Positions 42,436 to 56,001 of a stretch of DNA of 64,000 nucleotides are shown here, piece by piece. Position numbers and translations under genes: made by a program. Source of the stretch: the human T2T-CHM13v2.0 reference genome, Homo sapiens; the NCBI RefSeq assembly GCF_009914755.1, contig NC_060931.1; one strand, 5' to 3'. Position 1 is the first letter of the stretch. Each line of letters begins with the position of its first letter. The notes under the pieces are model-generated. The model searched no databases, had not been told where the DNA came from, and worked only from the letters and a program-made list of their open reading frames with translations.

Positions 42436-42729
42436 CAGGACTACACATTTTCACATTGTTAGGGAGGCTGCTGGTTCTTAGCCTACTGTGAATGGAGCTT
42501 AGGAGAGAGGGATGGAGTAGACCAAGTTAAAATGCCATGAACCAAGCCTTTCTAGCCAAGATTCAGCAGCTTTCCTAAGATAATGCTTTAGATTGTTGTA
42601 CAGCTTTGGTTAATTTTCAGAATTTTCAAAAAAGTTGATTTTGAAAATTGTGGCAGCATTTTCATTGTTTTTATGCATGGGAGCGTTTCCACAGATCTTC
42701 ACTCCACCATTCTGAGAGTGCCCCCAACT

Positions 42730-43070
42730 TCGAATGGATGAATTTTTATAACAAGTGAAAAAGTAAGTCCCTGAAGGTTACATACAGCCTTTACCCATTT
42801 TATCAACTTAGAAACAATGAAAAGAACGTATGTACTTATAAATACATAAAAATATACACAGTATTTGTATTACACAAAAATAGATAAACATAAAACTATA
42901 AAAAGTAAAGTACAGGATTCTGGATAGTGGTTACCTCAGATGGTGGCAGACCAAAGGATGGGAGTGGGGGTTACCTAGAAATATATGTGTCATAATTAAG
43001 GTCCAGTTTTATTTTGTAGTTGGTGGGTTCATGGATTCTTATGGCATAATTAAAAATATATACACAGGCA
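42730..43070 (+). mobile_element. L1ME/MC 3' UTR fragment
   Basis: caggattctggatagtggttacctc...ggtgggttcatggattctt. Confidence 0.55.
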
Positions 43071-43899
43071 AAAACATTTTATGGTTGTGTTTGCCTTCAT
43101 GTTAACACATGAGATGAGGAATCTATTATGCAACAGAGCTTTATAAAGGAGCTTCAACCTCACTTTTCAAAGCCATTCTTACGGCCAGAGGAATTGCTTA
43201 TGGAGCTTATCTCTACCCAGTCTCGTGTAGGTCTGCCTCAGCTGGCCGAACTCCAGTGTCAGGACAGGACAGTGATGATGAGAAGGGAAGGGACAGCAGC
43301 CAGTGCCAGTTCGAGATGAGTAGTCATCTAATACTGCCTCTGCGTGGGTCCCTGCTGCCATCCGCAGCCTCATAGCCCTCAGCTCCGTAATGTGTCCTGA
43401 TGGATTTAGAAGATACATAGGGAGCTGTCATTGTGAGTCTGAAAAATATACAGATCACGCTTCACTTACTAAAATCCATACCTGATGATGTCAGCCACTT
43501 ACACGAGCATTCAAGAGGTCTTCTAGAATAATCACATGACAAGATTTGGGGGAATACACAGAATTCCAATCAAGATGAGTTGAGCATAATATCATGGAGG
43601 CAGGATCAGAATGGAAAGGTAACTGATAACTTGGAAGTTTAAACAATTACAATTTTCCTGTTTACTGTGTGACAAGAGCATTATGGGGCCTTGAAAATGG
43701 CAGTGTCACCACTGGGTAATATATTTTATTCAAAGACTTTTTGAGAGAGAGCATCTGTAGAGTCAAATGGTACTTGCCAAACTATTCCATGTATGGAACC
43801 CATAGGACTTCATAATTTTATGGTTTGCTGGGGGAAAATAACAAGACCACTCATGGCCCAGGTGAGTCTTGAAGAGGCTGTGGCCACAATATACTGAGC

Positions 43900-44070
43900 C
43901 AGCCGTAGTTCACTGGATGGGAAGACCCAAGTTTGACTTCCAGATTTACTTCTTACTTGCACTTTGGGCAGTTACATTACTTCTCTGAGCCTTATTTTTT
44001 TTTTTTATTATGGAGATAATGCTACTGATGTGTAATAATTTTGTATCTACTAGTATTAGAATGTATGAAT
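43900..44070 (+). mobile_element. MIR fragment
   Basis: gaagacccaagttt...ctttgggcagttacattacttctctgagcc. Confidence 0.6.
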
Positions 44071-45228
44071 TACCCCTTAATTTTTCAAATACTTAAACTG
44101 TTAACATCTGAATCTTGGCCAAAATGAGCACAAATGGCATTTGTATAAATGCCTAGTTATTAAATGTTATCACTATTTAACTATCTGGATTTGAAGACCA
44201 GTGCATGGCGTTTGCTAGGAGTTTATATCATGTTCTTACGTATGTGTGTAGCTGTCTTTACTGCATCTGTCGATTAGGAGGTAAGAACACCTGCTGAATA
44301 TGTACCTTGAGCTAGCTATTGTGGGAGATATAAAAGAAGCACAAAACTGGATCCTGTCCTCATGGAACTCAATCTGGTTTCTGAGGTTTAGCTTTTATGT
44401 GACTCACAGATAGAGCAATGTCACAGAAAATAATATGCGGAAAATAAATGCAAAAAGAACTTGAGAAAGCTTCATGTGGCTCAGTATCCTGCACTCAGTA
44501 GGATATGTGGAGGATATATATAAAATCTAATTGAGATTCTTAGGAAAGGCTTTAATGAAGACTGGAGAATGAATGATATCTGTTATAAAGGATGGTGAAG
44601 CTTGGCTATTCAGAGAGTAATGGAGGAGGTACTTCAATAGTTTTTATTGTGTCTGCCCAAGAAATTCACTCGGAAGCACAATGTTTATTTCTGAAGAGGC
44701 AAAGACCAAGTTTTAGAAAATAAAGTTCTCCTAAATACTATTATAAAGTTTGAGTATTTCTATTATGATTTTATGACTTCCCATCTGTGGTAGGTGTTTT
44801 ATTGAAATTATTTGAATGTTATCAAGCTGTGACAACAATGCTTTAAAGGTCATACACAAAGCACAATTAAATTTCCCAAGTGAAATAAGAATGTGCATTG
44901 TGAAAGGCAGAGAATTTCAAGTAGTTCAGTTTTGTTGTTGCTTTTTTTCATCTGGGCCATTTTTGAGGTGTTTAAATCAAAAAGTTGTTTTTCTTCTTGA
45001 TTGCAGTTTTCCCTTAGTTATTTGTGTAGCTTAAAAATGGAAACCAATGTGTTTAAGTTGCAATATTTTTGAGTCTATTAGTTAATATAAACTTTATTCT
45101 ACACTCAACAGTAGATTGCATTATAGCTATGTGGAATGTAAAGATTATTTTGCACTTATATAAATGTGATAGCTTCTGATTGATACAGATTTAATTATGC
45201 AAACTTTGGCTTATTATGAATTAGATGA

Positions 45229-45538
<310 letters not shown>

Positions 45539-45766
45539 TATACTTCTGTTTCTTATGAGCTTACTTATTAGAAGATCTCTAAGATTCCTGTAATTTAAAA
45601 TTTTGTAATTTCATTTCATTTTACCCATTTACATCATTAAAGTGATGAATGGTTGCTTCTTTCAAATGGTGGGAAATGAATTTTGGAGAATTGTTAGTTA
45701 TTATTGCTCATTTAAGGTTATTTGAACGTTTTGACTATTTGATGGTGTTTTTTGTTTGATTTGTGA

Positions 45767-45777
45767 TGCTGACTCAT
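45767..45777 (+). promoter_or_regulatory. NFE2/NRF2/BACH-sMAF (MARE/ARE) consensus site
   Basis: TGCTGACTCAT is an exact match to TGCTGASTCAY in sequence I do not recognise as a repeat. Confidence 0.4.
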
Positions 45778-46127
45778 AAATACCATGAAAAACAGGTCTT
45801 TTTGTTCTAACCAAAAGAGGGATTATTTAGCAGCTTAATGACTTTGGTAAATAAAAGTTTATTTGCACCTATGAGAAAGATGACAGGTAATATCTAGATA
45901 TCTGAGTAAAGAGTAAAGAGAGCACAAATACAATAAGATATGGAGACTCAGTATCCTATCAGCTTTTTGATGTAAAATGGTACAGTAGTTACTACCTAAG
46001 AGAATAGTCTATTTCCATGCTGGTTGCTCACTTGTGTGCTCTTCTGAAAGAGTGAGGGCACTGTGCGTCTGACTGGATACTGGGGTACTCTGTTTCCAAG
46101 CTGCATTACAGGGATTTGAAATATCTT

Positions 46128-46129
<2 letters not shown>

Positions 46130-46163
<34 letters not shown>

Positions 46164-46200
46164 TATTTATTTATATTATATATATATTTATTTATTCCAT
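46130..46200. repeat. (TA)n / AT-rich microsatellite
   Basis: Long atatat tract next to the Tigger1 TA target. Confidence 0.9.
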
Positions 46201-46203
46201 ATA

Positions 46204-46568
46204 CAGGCATACCTTGGAGATATTGCAGGTTAGGGTCCAGACCATTGCAATAAAGTGAATCACACAAATTTTGTGGTTTCCCAGTGCATATAAAAGTTGT
46301 GTTTATGCTATTTTGTAGTCTGTTAAGTGAGCAATAGCATTATGGCTAACAAGAGTACATACCTTAATTAAACATTTTCTAAAAAATGCCTGCACAGAGA
46401 CGTGAAGTGAGCTGATGCTATTGGAAAAATGGCATCAATAGACTTGCTGGACATGGGCTGCCACAAACCTCCAAAATTTGTAATTTTACAAATTAAAGCC
46501 CTCAATTTGAAAAACATAATATCTGTGAAGCACAAGAAAGCTAAGTGCAGTAAGACAAGGTGTGCCTA
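46204..46568. mobile_element. Internally deleted Tigger1 with both termini
   Basis: caggcataccttggagatattgcaggtt...aagacaaggtgtgcct(a) with TA flanks; about 365 bp. Confidence 0.9.
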
Positions 46569-48084
46569 TATATGTTTCTGTGTATATTTAAATAACTTAT
46601 ATTAATAGCTGCAAACAGTAGATTTCTTCCGGTGTATGGCTTTGTCATTGTTATCACTGATTTGTAATAATTTACCTCTTTTTTGTATGTTTTATTATTT
46701 TCTGCCATGGTTGATAAACAAGTTAATTTACTCTCAGAACAGAGAATCTGCAGTATTATTATTAATAGTGACTGTTGACTTCTTTTGTCATCTAAACAAC
46801 TTGTTAGTCTGCCCTTAGGCTTGACATTATTTTTGTTGTGAAAGAATATTCAGTAAAAAGTTTTGACATGTTTAAAATCATTAAATACTTCCAAACTGGT
46901 TTGGAAAGCTTCTCTGGGCTGAAAGCCAGTTGATTCTTATCAGTCTTTTTGCATGACTGAAGTCAATTACTTCAGAGCTTGAACAACTGCAGCCTTGGTA
47001 AATGGTCCAGTACTGTCCAGTAGTACAATATGGGAGGCTTTTAAATGCTACTGTAATTGGTAGTTTAACAGATGTGTTTTGGTTGGACAAGAATGTAAAA
47101 GCTATTTTGGAGCATTTTCAAAGGCATGAAGTTTAAAATAATGTAATGTTAATTTTGTGCTCTGTAATGTATATCGTAAGATTGAGGTCTTAATGTTTGT
47201 ATTAAGTAAGTGAAAATATTCAAATGAAACTTGTGTAGAAAAGGAACTGCCTGTGTTCAGAAAGATTCTGAACAAAAACAAGTGAATTTTCAGAACTGAA
47301 CTAACAGTTGCCAGAGGGTGTGGGTTCTGACGATGTCCTACCTGAGGCAGGCTTTGTGACTTTGGAAAGCCTTGGTTTTCTTATTTTTAAAGAGGATCTA
47401 GTCCAACACTGGTCTACTCAGACTTCCTCATTTGTAAAAAAAAACCAAAAAAAAAAACAAAAACAAAAAAAAAAAACACTTTCCTTAATCTTGGAATGCT
47501 TTTCACAAGAACTAAGTGTGGCATATTGGTGGCTGTATGAGTACTCTGGTATTATAGGAGTTGAAGTGTGAGGTGGAGAGTAAGAGTAACTGGGGGTAAA
47601 ACTTAGACCCAATGTGTCCAGAAGATTCAGAGCCTTATCACTGCACAAAGGAGCACAGATTTTAAACACTGAAGTGCCCAAGTTGCATGCAAACAGGCTG
47701 TGGGCTGACCACCGGTTTTTGTATTTATTCTGAATATAGTATGCCACAAAATTTGAATGTATATGCTTTTACAGATCTCTGTGCTCTCTCTAGCTCCCCC
47801 AAAATCTCTGCCTGTCTTTAGTTTCATGCTAGACTGTTTTATCTGTTTGTTGCCTTTGAAAGCTTTTGGGTTTACCCCATGCTGGAGTAACATGTAGATC
47901 TAGAAGGATTTTGAGCAGGAGGTAGTGTTATCAGATATGGTTATAAGGAAAGCTCACTTTAGCAATAGAGCTGACACAGTAGTAGCAGGTAGTGAATTCT
48001 GCAAGAGAATTAATGGACACTAGTCATCTTGATTGTACTTAGTTATTTACTGCTTCAGTGTAGTTTTGTTGTGCTTAATTTTCT

Positions 48085-48428
<344 letters not shown>

Positions 48429-48744
48429 TAGAACAAGTTAAGTGGTTAATCCACGTGATTTTTGTTCTCATTTAAAATCCTATGCATTCAAAATGTGAAC
48501 TCCATTACCATCTCTCTGATCCGCCCTTGGCATAGAATTTGGATGTGTATATTACACTGGACTCTTGGCTTTAAAAACCGTCTATCTGTATCTGTGGGAA
48601 AGCTTTTCAGATAGCCCAGACAATATAAATAGCCCTAGATTTACCCTTAAGTAACAAATGTGTTTCTTTCTGTGGAGTTACTCGTTGTGTCTGAGGGATC
48701 CTCCCTGGGTTATTTTTTTCCTCTCCAATGGACTGGCTTGGCAT

Positions 48745-48903
48745 ATGATTGTCAAGAACAGGCACTCTGGTCGGACAGACCTTGTTTAAATCTTCTCTCT
48801 CTCTCCAACTGTGGGCCAGTTCGTTAATCTACTTGAGCTTTGGTTACTTATTCTATAGATCGTTTTGTGGATTAAGTGAAACATCATACTGAAAACACTT
48901 AGT
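48745..48903 (+). mobile_element. MIR fragment
   Basis: caagaacaggcactctggtcggacagacctt...tgtggattaagtgaaacatc...aaacacttag. Confidence 0.6.
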
Positions 48904-49661
48904 TTTATCATCCAGACCAGGGCACTAAACGAGAATAAACCAACCTCCTAGTTTTTGGATGTGTTTGACACGAGGGGATGTTTAGGGGAAAATAATATTT
49001 GACCATCAGACTTTTTGAATGCTGGAGAAAGCATGCACAATGTCCATGTAGGAACATACCCATATATACAGGAGACTTAAACATGTGCGTGTATACATCC
49101 ATATACACAAAATGAATTTAGGAAGTTAATTGAATCGAGGAGTTTCTATTTTATAAGATAAATGTGAACAGTACATTTGTAATGTAAGCAGTCTACTTTT
49201 TTACTCAAACAAGCAGAAAATATCCTTTTTTAGTTTTAAACTCTTTGTAGACAAGATTGAATAAACTACAGAGTGGATGAGGCACAGAGAATTGGTTGCC
49301 AATGGGATCAAGAATGCTAGAGGAAAGGGCAGAGATTATCCTTTCACCCAGAATTGCTCTGTCTCTCCCTTACTAGGTAGGAAAACAAACAAATAACAGA
49401 GACAAGGGCTACTGCTCTGCACTAATGATGCGTGGGGTGAAAGAAGTCCTTGCACACTGGCTCCTCTTTCCTGCTTCGTTCACAACCTATTCAGCACTTT
49501 CTGGAACTTTGCGTGAAAAATTTCATAGATCCCAGCAGGAATTTTGTAAAACACATAATCTTTGCTCATAGCCATTACCCAATGTTGTGTTCCTTCAGGG
49601 GCTGATTGAAAACAGAGCTTTCACAAGGTCTCTTGCATGATGCTAGCCTTCATGGCATTTG

Positions 49662-49717
49662 CATCCTGCCAAGTGATACTTCTGGTGACCATCCTGCCAA
49701 GTGACACTTTTGGTGAC
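49662..49717. repeat. 28-bp tandem duplication, 2 mismatches
   Basis: catcctgccaagtga(t/c)actt(c/t)tggtgac x2. Confidence 0.92.
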
Positions 49718-50334
49718 AGTGCCTTGGTTGACTGGTCTCAGCAACCTGCTTTAATCTCTGCAATTAAAAGGTATGAATGAGTGAACCAGTAAAATGAAGG
49801 AAAAAATCAACATAGTGGCGGGATACTTACATCCAGAAATATGTTATCTAAGGGTGTGATACTGGGCAGCCAGCTTTCATTTAAGAAATTAGACGTATTT
49901 TTAGGAAACCAGCTTTCTGCTAGTGACCTACATTATAAAATATTATAAACTCCCAAGCTGGATACTATAAATTGAAGATGAAGTTCTTTCATTTTGCAGT
50001 TACACAATGGAATATTATGTGTCAGGTACTGTTCTAGGCATTGGGTATACAAGGATAACTAAGAATTTGTCCTTCTCCTCAAGGAGTTCCCACTTTTGTG
50101 GCAGAGAGGGCCTTGAAAACAAATCATTTAACTGCCACTTACTGAGTGACTAGCACAGGTGAGGCATCCTACCAGGCTCTGGAGAAAGAGGGAAATATAG
50201 CCCTGCTCTCAGCAAACACAGGTGGATGAGAAGGGTATAAGCAGGGGGCTGGGAAGCAGAGAGAGAGAGAACCTAAAAAGACTTAGGCAAAGGCGAGTGT
50301 ATGATAAAATGGAGAACGCCATAGTTCATTCTTT

Positions 50335-50634
50335 CATTTTTTTTTTTGAAGTAGAGTCTTGCTGTCACCCAGGCTGGAATGCAGTGGTGCGGTCTCGGCT
50401 TACTGCCACATCTGCCTCCCAGGTTCAAGCAATTCTTGTGCCTCAGTCTCCTGAGTAGCTGGGACTACAGATATGTGCCACCATGCCTGGCCAATTTTTT
50501 TTTTCATAATTTTAGTAGAGATGGGGTTTCACTATGTTGGCCAGGTTGATCTTGAACTCCTGACCTCAAGTGATATGCCTGCTGTGGCCTCCCAAAGTGG
50601 CTGGGATTACAGGCAGAAGCCATGGTGCTTGGCC
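50335..50634 (-). mobile_element. Alu (AluS/J), full length
   Basis: Antisense Alu; TSD agttcat(t/c)cttt. Confidence 0.94.
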
Positions 50635-51675
50635 AGTTCATCCTTTAATTTTGGCTCTAATAAATTCACTGTATGACTAAAATGTTACTTTTTCTTGATG
50701 TTATTATTAATCCTGTTTAAAATTAGAGCATTGGCTTTAATTATTTTTAAATTTAGACACTGGTTATTATTTCTAAAGGAAGTTATAAACAAAATTTCAT
50801 ACAGCATGCCATTTGACAAATTAATGAAGAAATATTTAATACATGTGAGTATCTCATTTGTTTTGTTATTCAAGGGGATTTTAGCTTATTGCTTTTTGCT
50901 TTCTGTATGTTGAACTGATATTCTTTTTGGGCACCTGTTTGTATAAACGTATCAATTTGACCTGTACTTGAATTAACTGTTTATTTTTTATATGTTGGAC
51001 AGTACTACAAATTGCTCTATTTATGAACTGTATGTTTTTCTTCAATATGCAGTTTGGAATCCTGCTGTTGGAACCTTATTTGCTTCTGTATGCTCACCCT
51101 TATTCACTAATGTTTGATAATAATGCATTATAAAATAGCAGTGCTACTTCTTTATCAAAGGCTTGCAGTATTTATTTAGCATTTGCAGTTTCGAAATAAT
51201 TAAACAATGCTGATGTACAGTTCTTATTGCATTTCAAAAACCTAACCAGTTAATTAGCTTAAGTGGTTCTCTCAGCCCTATTGACAGTTGGAGACACATA
51301 GTGCTGGCTTGTCAGGCTGCTAAAATGAAACATAAGAATGGCATAACTGTGGTTAGCTTCTTTTCCCCCTCACCCTTGAGATATGAGTTGGCTTTCTTTT
51401 GTGTGAGATAAAAACAAAACCAGATCATATGAACTGACACTTCTGCTTCAGATTAACATGAGCCTTGTTATTCAATTTCATGTTGGTGTTTCTACACTCC
51501 TTTGCCTCACTGAGATTTCATTAATCCTCATATCCTTAATCGCCTCCCCTTTCCCTTATGATGGTCTGTTTTAAGATTCTATTATGGTTTTTTTTTTTTT
51601 TGGATGCCTTTGAGGCCATCTGAACAATGCTCTTGGTTAACCTGAGAATGGATTACAATCTGATCACATACTTAC

Positions 51676-51794
51676 TGCTGTGTTTGTGTCTCGCTGCCTG
51701 TACAGTCAGGTGGCTGTTCTGCCTCTTCACCCTTGGCTGACTTTCACCCATGGACTTTGAAGTGTTACTGCTTCTATTTTCATCAAATTTTATA
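51676..51794 (-). other. Candidate antisense TATA promoter and first exon
   Basis: Minus strand: TATAAAA (51794-51788), CA-Inr near 51763, ATG at 51751, donor GCA|GTAAGT at 51675. Confidence 0.35.
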
Positions 51795-52214
51795 CAAATT
51801 ACACCGTTTTTCCGCAAATGTACATTTAGTGAAGTTTGTTTGGCTCCAGAATCCAGTCCTTTTGCAGGACAGGAGCAGAGGAAATGGCAGTGAAGGAGAG
51901 GGAAGTCCACGTAGGAAGAAATCCCAAGACTGGAGGTGGATTGGAGACAGCAACAGAAGAGAAGAGCGTTGGGGATGGCTCTGAGTTGAAGCTAGGTGAC
52001 TGTTGACCCAGAGAAAGAAGTTGAGAGGAGAACCACGCTTTGTATTTAGGTGGGCTGTGGTGGGGTGGAGGGGATTGAGGTGTGGAGTTTGATTTTTGAC
52101 ATTCTTGTGTTTGTGTTGGTAAGACACCTTGTGGAACTCTCCTAGCAGAGTTTAAGCGAATGAGCGTATATATTTGATGAGGTGTATATTTGAGAGTGAC
52201 AGCACAGAGGTGAT

Positions 52215-52412
52215 CATAACAGGAGCCACTATTTGTTGAGTGCATACTAGCTACAGTGATAAGTGCTTCACAGACATGCTGTCTGTGCTTCAATGTCCTC
52301 ACCTGTAAAAGGGATTTAATAGTAGGATTCTTGTGAGAATGAAATGAATTGATATATATAAAGTCCATAACAATGTCTGGCACATAATAAGTAATACTTA
52401 AGTGTTACCATA
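52215..52412. mobile_element. MIR fragments
   Basis: tctgtgcttcaatgtcctcacctgtaaaagggatttaatagtaggattcttgtgagaatgaaatga...ctggcacataataagt. Confidence 0.7.
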
Positions 52413-52455
52413 ATCACATTTTAATTCAGTATCCCTTTGGAAAGAGGTATTATTG

Positions 52456-52772
52456 CAGGTTGAACATCCCTAATCTGAAACATTTTGAGCACTGACATGA
52501 CACCTCAAAGTGGAAAATTCTACACCTGACCTCATTTGATGGGTCACAGTCAAAACTTCATTTCGCGCACAACATTATTAAAAATATATAAAGTTAGCTT
52601 CAGGCTGTGTGTAAGGTGTTTATGAAACACCTTATGAATTGAATTTCATATTAGACCTGTGTCCCATCTTCAAGATACCGCATTATGTATATGCAAATAT
52701 TCAAAAATCTGAAAATATCAGAAATCAATCACTTCTGGTTTGAGACGTTTTGGACAAAGGATACTCAATTTG
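52456..52772 (+). mobile_element. Tigger4b (MER46B) DNA transposon
   Basis: caggttgaacatccctaatctgaaa...gtggaaaattctacacctgacctcat...ggatactcaa. Confidence 0.88.
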
Positions 52773-52866
52773 TGTACACATCTTATATGGGGGAAGCTGT
52801 GACTGGAGCAATGTAACTACTCTGCCAAAGGTTGCATAACTCATAAGTGGCAGGTGAAATGATATC

Positions 52867-53174
<308 letters not shown>

Positions 53175-54469
53175 CAAACCATATTCTTAACTCTGCTTGT
53201 CTCTCACCTGCCTTTGTGGAAATAAACACCTCAACAGAGGCTTCATGGTGTAGAGGAAAGACAGGACAAAATACCTAACACACAAGGAAGCTGTTTTGCT
53301 TATTAAATGAACAATATGCTTTTAAATCGTGTAAGAAGAGCTTTGTAATGAAAATCATCATTATAAGAAAGAAAAACTTACAGAAAGGTAGGAGTGAGGC
53401 TTGGTATTTGAGCTCCTGCGGAAGACCAAGAGGGAGAAGGGAAGATCAGTGTAGGGCAAAGCAAATCCAAGAGAGCCGGGAAGATAAGAGGAAGAATCAT
53501 GTAGTTTCTGCATTTACGGACAAAAGCGCTTCCAAAAGTACATAAGGGTTGATGCTATCAAGTGCTGCATGGAGGTCATTGAGAGTGAGAACTAAGAAAA
53601 GGCAGTTGGAGTCACATTTTGGTGTTAACCAGATTAAATTTCCTTTTGGAGCAAAAACGGTTGACTACACATACAGTTATAAGAATCAGGAACATATGAT
53701 CCAATAACATAGATGAATCAGGAACTGAAATTTGGGGTGTAGATTTATTCCTTTGACTTTCTCTCCCTTTTTCAGTTCATGTTTTACCAATAGCGTATTC
53801 TGGTAGCAGCACTGTCTGACATTTGTCAGCTTAATTAGAGATCAGTTACAAACTTGGCTATCTTATGGATCTGTGATACTTCCCAGCAAATCTGAAATGC
53901 AATACGTGCACTGACATGAAATGATGAAAAATATGCTAATTTTAACCTGAAAAAGCTCCCTATTAATGCAGCAATTTCTCTTATTCATACTAATTCTCAT
54001 TTTTTTTTCTGCATCCTTTGTGTCTAGTCTCTCCACAATTGAAAAGCTGTTTTGACCACCACTTAAGAGCAATAGACTATAAATTCTGGAGTTTAATTTG
54101 TTTAATGTCTGTGAGGGCTTGATGGGGTTGGGACTTTGTTCACTAGGTATGAACCCATTGCCTAGAAATCTGAAGAAGGGTATATTGCAGGTTCTTACGG
54201 GTATTCCTAGGAAGAAGAAATGATTTCCAAACAGAATTAGCATGTAGAGGAGAAACGCACAAAGAAAAGGAGATTTGATTTCCACAATGTAAGGAAATGT
54301 AAAATTTCATTAGAAGAAAGGGAAAGAGGACATTGCCAGCAAAGATGGAGAGAAAGAAGGCGTGTTTAAATAAGCTGGTTTCCAATTTAGCTGAAACATT
54401 TGAAAGTAAACAGAAGTAGAGCTAGATTTAGGGGTGTAAGATGTGGGCAATTAATACATTTATATGGCT

Positions 54470-55010
54470 CAAAATTTGAAGAGTTGGAAAGCATCTACAG
54501 TGAAAAGCCCCTTTTCCTGCCCCATTTCCTCAGCCACTCAGGCTATTCCCCAGAGTCACTGTGCATAATTACATATATAATACAAACATGTATACTATTT
54601 CTCTTCCCTCTTTTATTTTTCCAAAATGGTATCAAACTGTATATATTCTTCTGCACCTTGCCTTTTTTCTCACTCAACATGTTTCTTGGAGCTGACTCTC
54701 AAGCAGTTTGTGACTATGTAATTAGGACATAGGCAGCTCCTGCTTTTTTTGTTAAATGGCACTGCAAAATGTTCCTTTATGTGTTTATACCATAATTTAT
54801 TTAACCAGTCTCTTGTTCATGGACATTATAACCTTTTGCTCTTACGCAGAGTGCTGCAAAGTGAGCAGTCTTTTCCACGTGTCATTTCACACATGTGCAA
54901 GTAAAGCTGTAGGATAAATTCCTAGAATGGCTGGATTAAAAGGCAGGGGCAGTTACGATTTTGAAAGATGTAGCCAGGTGGCCTTCTCCATAGGTTGCGA
55001 GTGTATGAAA
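54470..55010 (-). mobile_element. L1ME 3' UTR fragment
   Basis: ttctgcaccttgccttttttctcactcaaca...ccataatttatttaaccagtc...gtaggataaattcctagaa. Confidence 0.75.
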
Positions 55011-55654
55011 GACTTACTTCCAAGCCAGTCTCTTCTATGCTGCCTGCTATAACTACCAATTAGGAATTTATTTGGGCTAATAAGTAACCCATGCCTGGAA
55101 GATTTAAGGAATGTGACCTTCCTAATGCATATTATTTTTAATCACTGTGCTTTCAACCTAATGACCAGTTGAGATTAAGCCACGTGGTACATATTTATTG
55201 CAAACCTACTATTTGGTTCTAGGGAATCAGCAAGGAGCAAGGTGTTACTTCTCTCTTGGAGTTTATATTCTGGTAAATAAACAAGATTATTCCAGAGAGT
55301 GATAAATACTGTGAAAATAATACACATGACAATATAATTGTAACTTGGCAGGGGGCAGGCTAATTAGAAGGAGTATACTGGTTATGGAAGGCCCCCTGAG
55401 GAAGTGATATTTCAGCTAAACCTGGATGATGTAAAGGAGCCAGAAATGTGGAAATCTTGGGTGGCAGTAGCAGGAACAACAACTGCGAAGATCTTGAGCC
55501 AAGAGTAGGCCTAGTGGTTCTAGAAACAAACAGTAGGGTAGAATAGCAAAGGGACTATCATGAGCAGAGGGGAGCAGGGCATAGCCTGAAGCTAAAGAGG
55601 GGCAGGGGTCAGACCAAGTAGATCCTCACTGTGGTAAGGAGTTGCAAGATTTCA

Positions 55655-55990
<336 letters not shown>

Positions 55991-56001
55991 AAATAACTAG
56001 G

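Larger units (their letters stand above)
40030..42720 (-). mobile_element. Old L1M (L1MD/L1ME-type) ORF1 and 5' region fragments
   Basis: tctgattctgatgcttgctttg...ggaaagccaggcatgatgtactgag; tcctcagaccacataatctcaatg; ttggttaattttcagaatt. Confidence 0.65.

Noticed and set aside
51826-52383. Longest ORF in the track (185 aa, - strand)
   Set aside because: It starts in MIR sequence, runs through a purine/pyrimidine-biased tract and has no recognisable domain.
53918-54000. C-box ATGATGA with a nearby CTGA (similar case at 43272-43400)
   Set aside because: No suitably placed D box with a terminal stem, so not supported as a C/D snoRNA.
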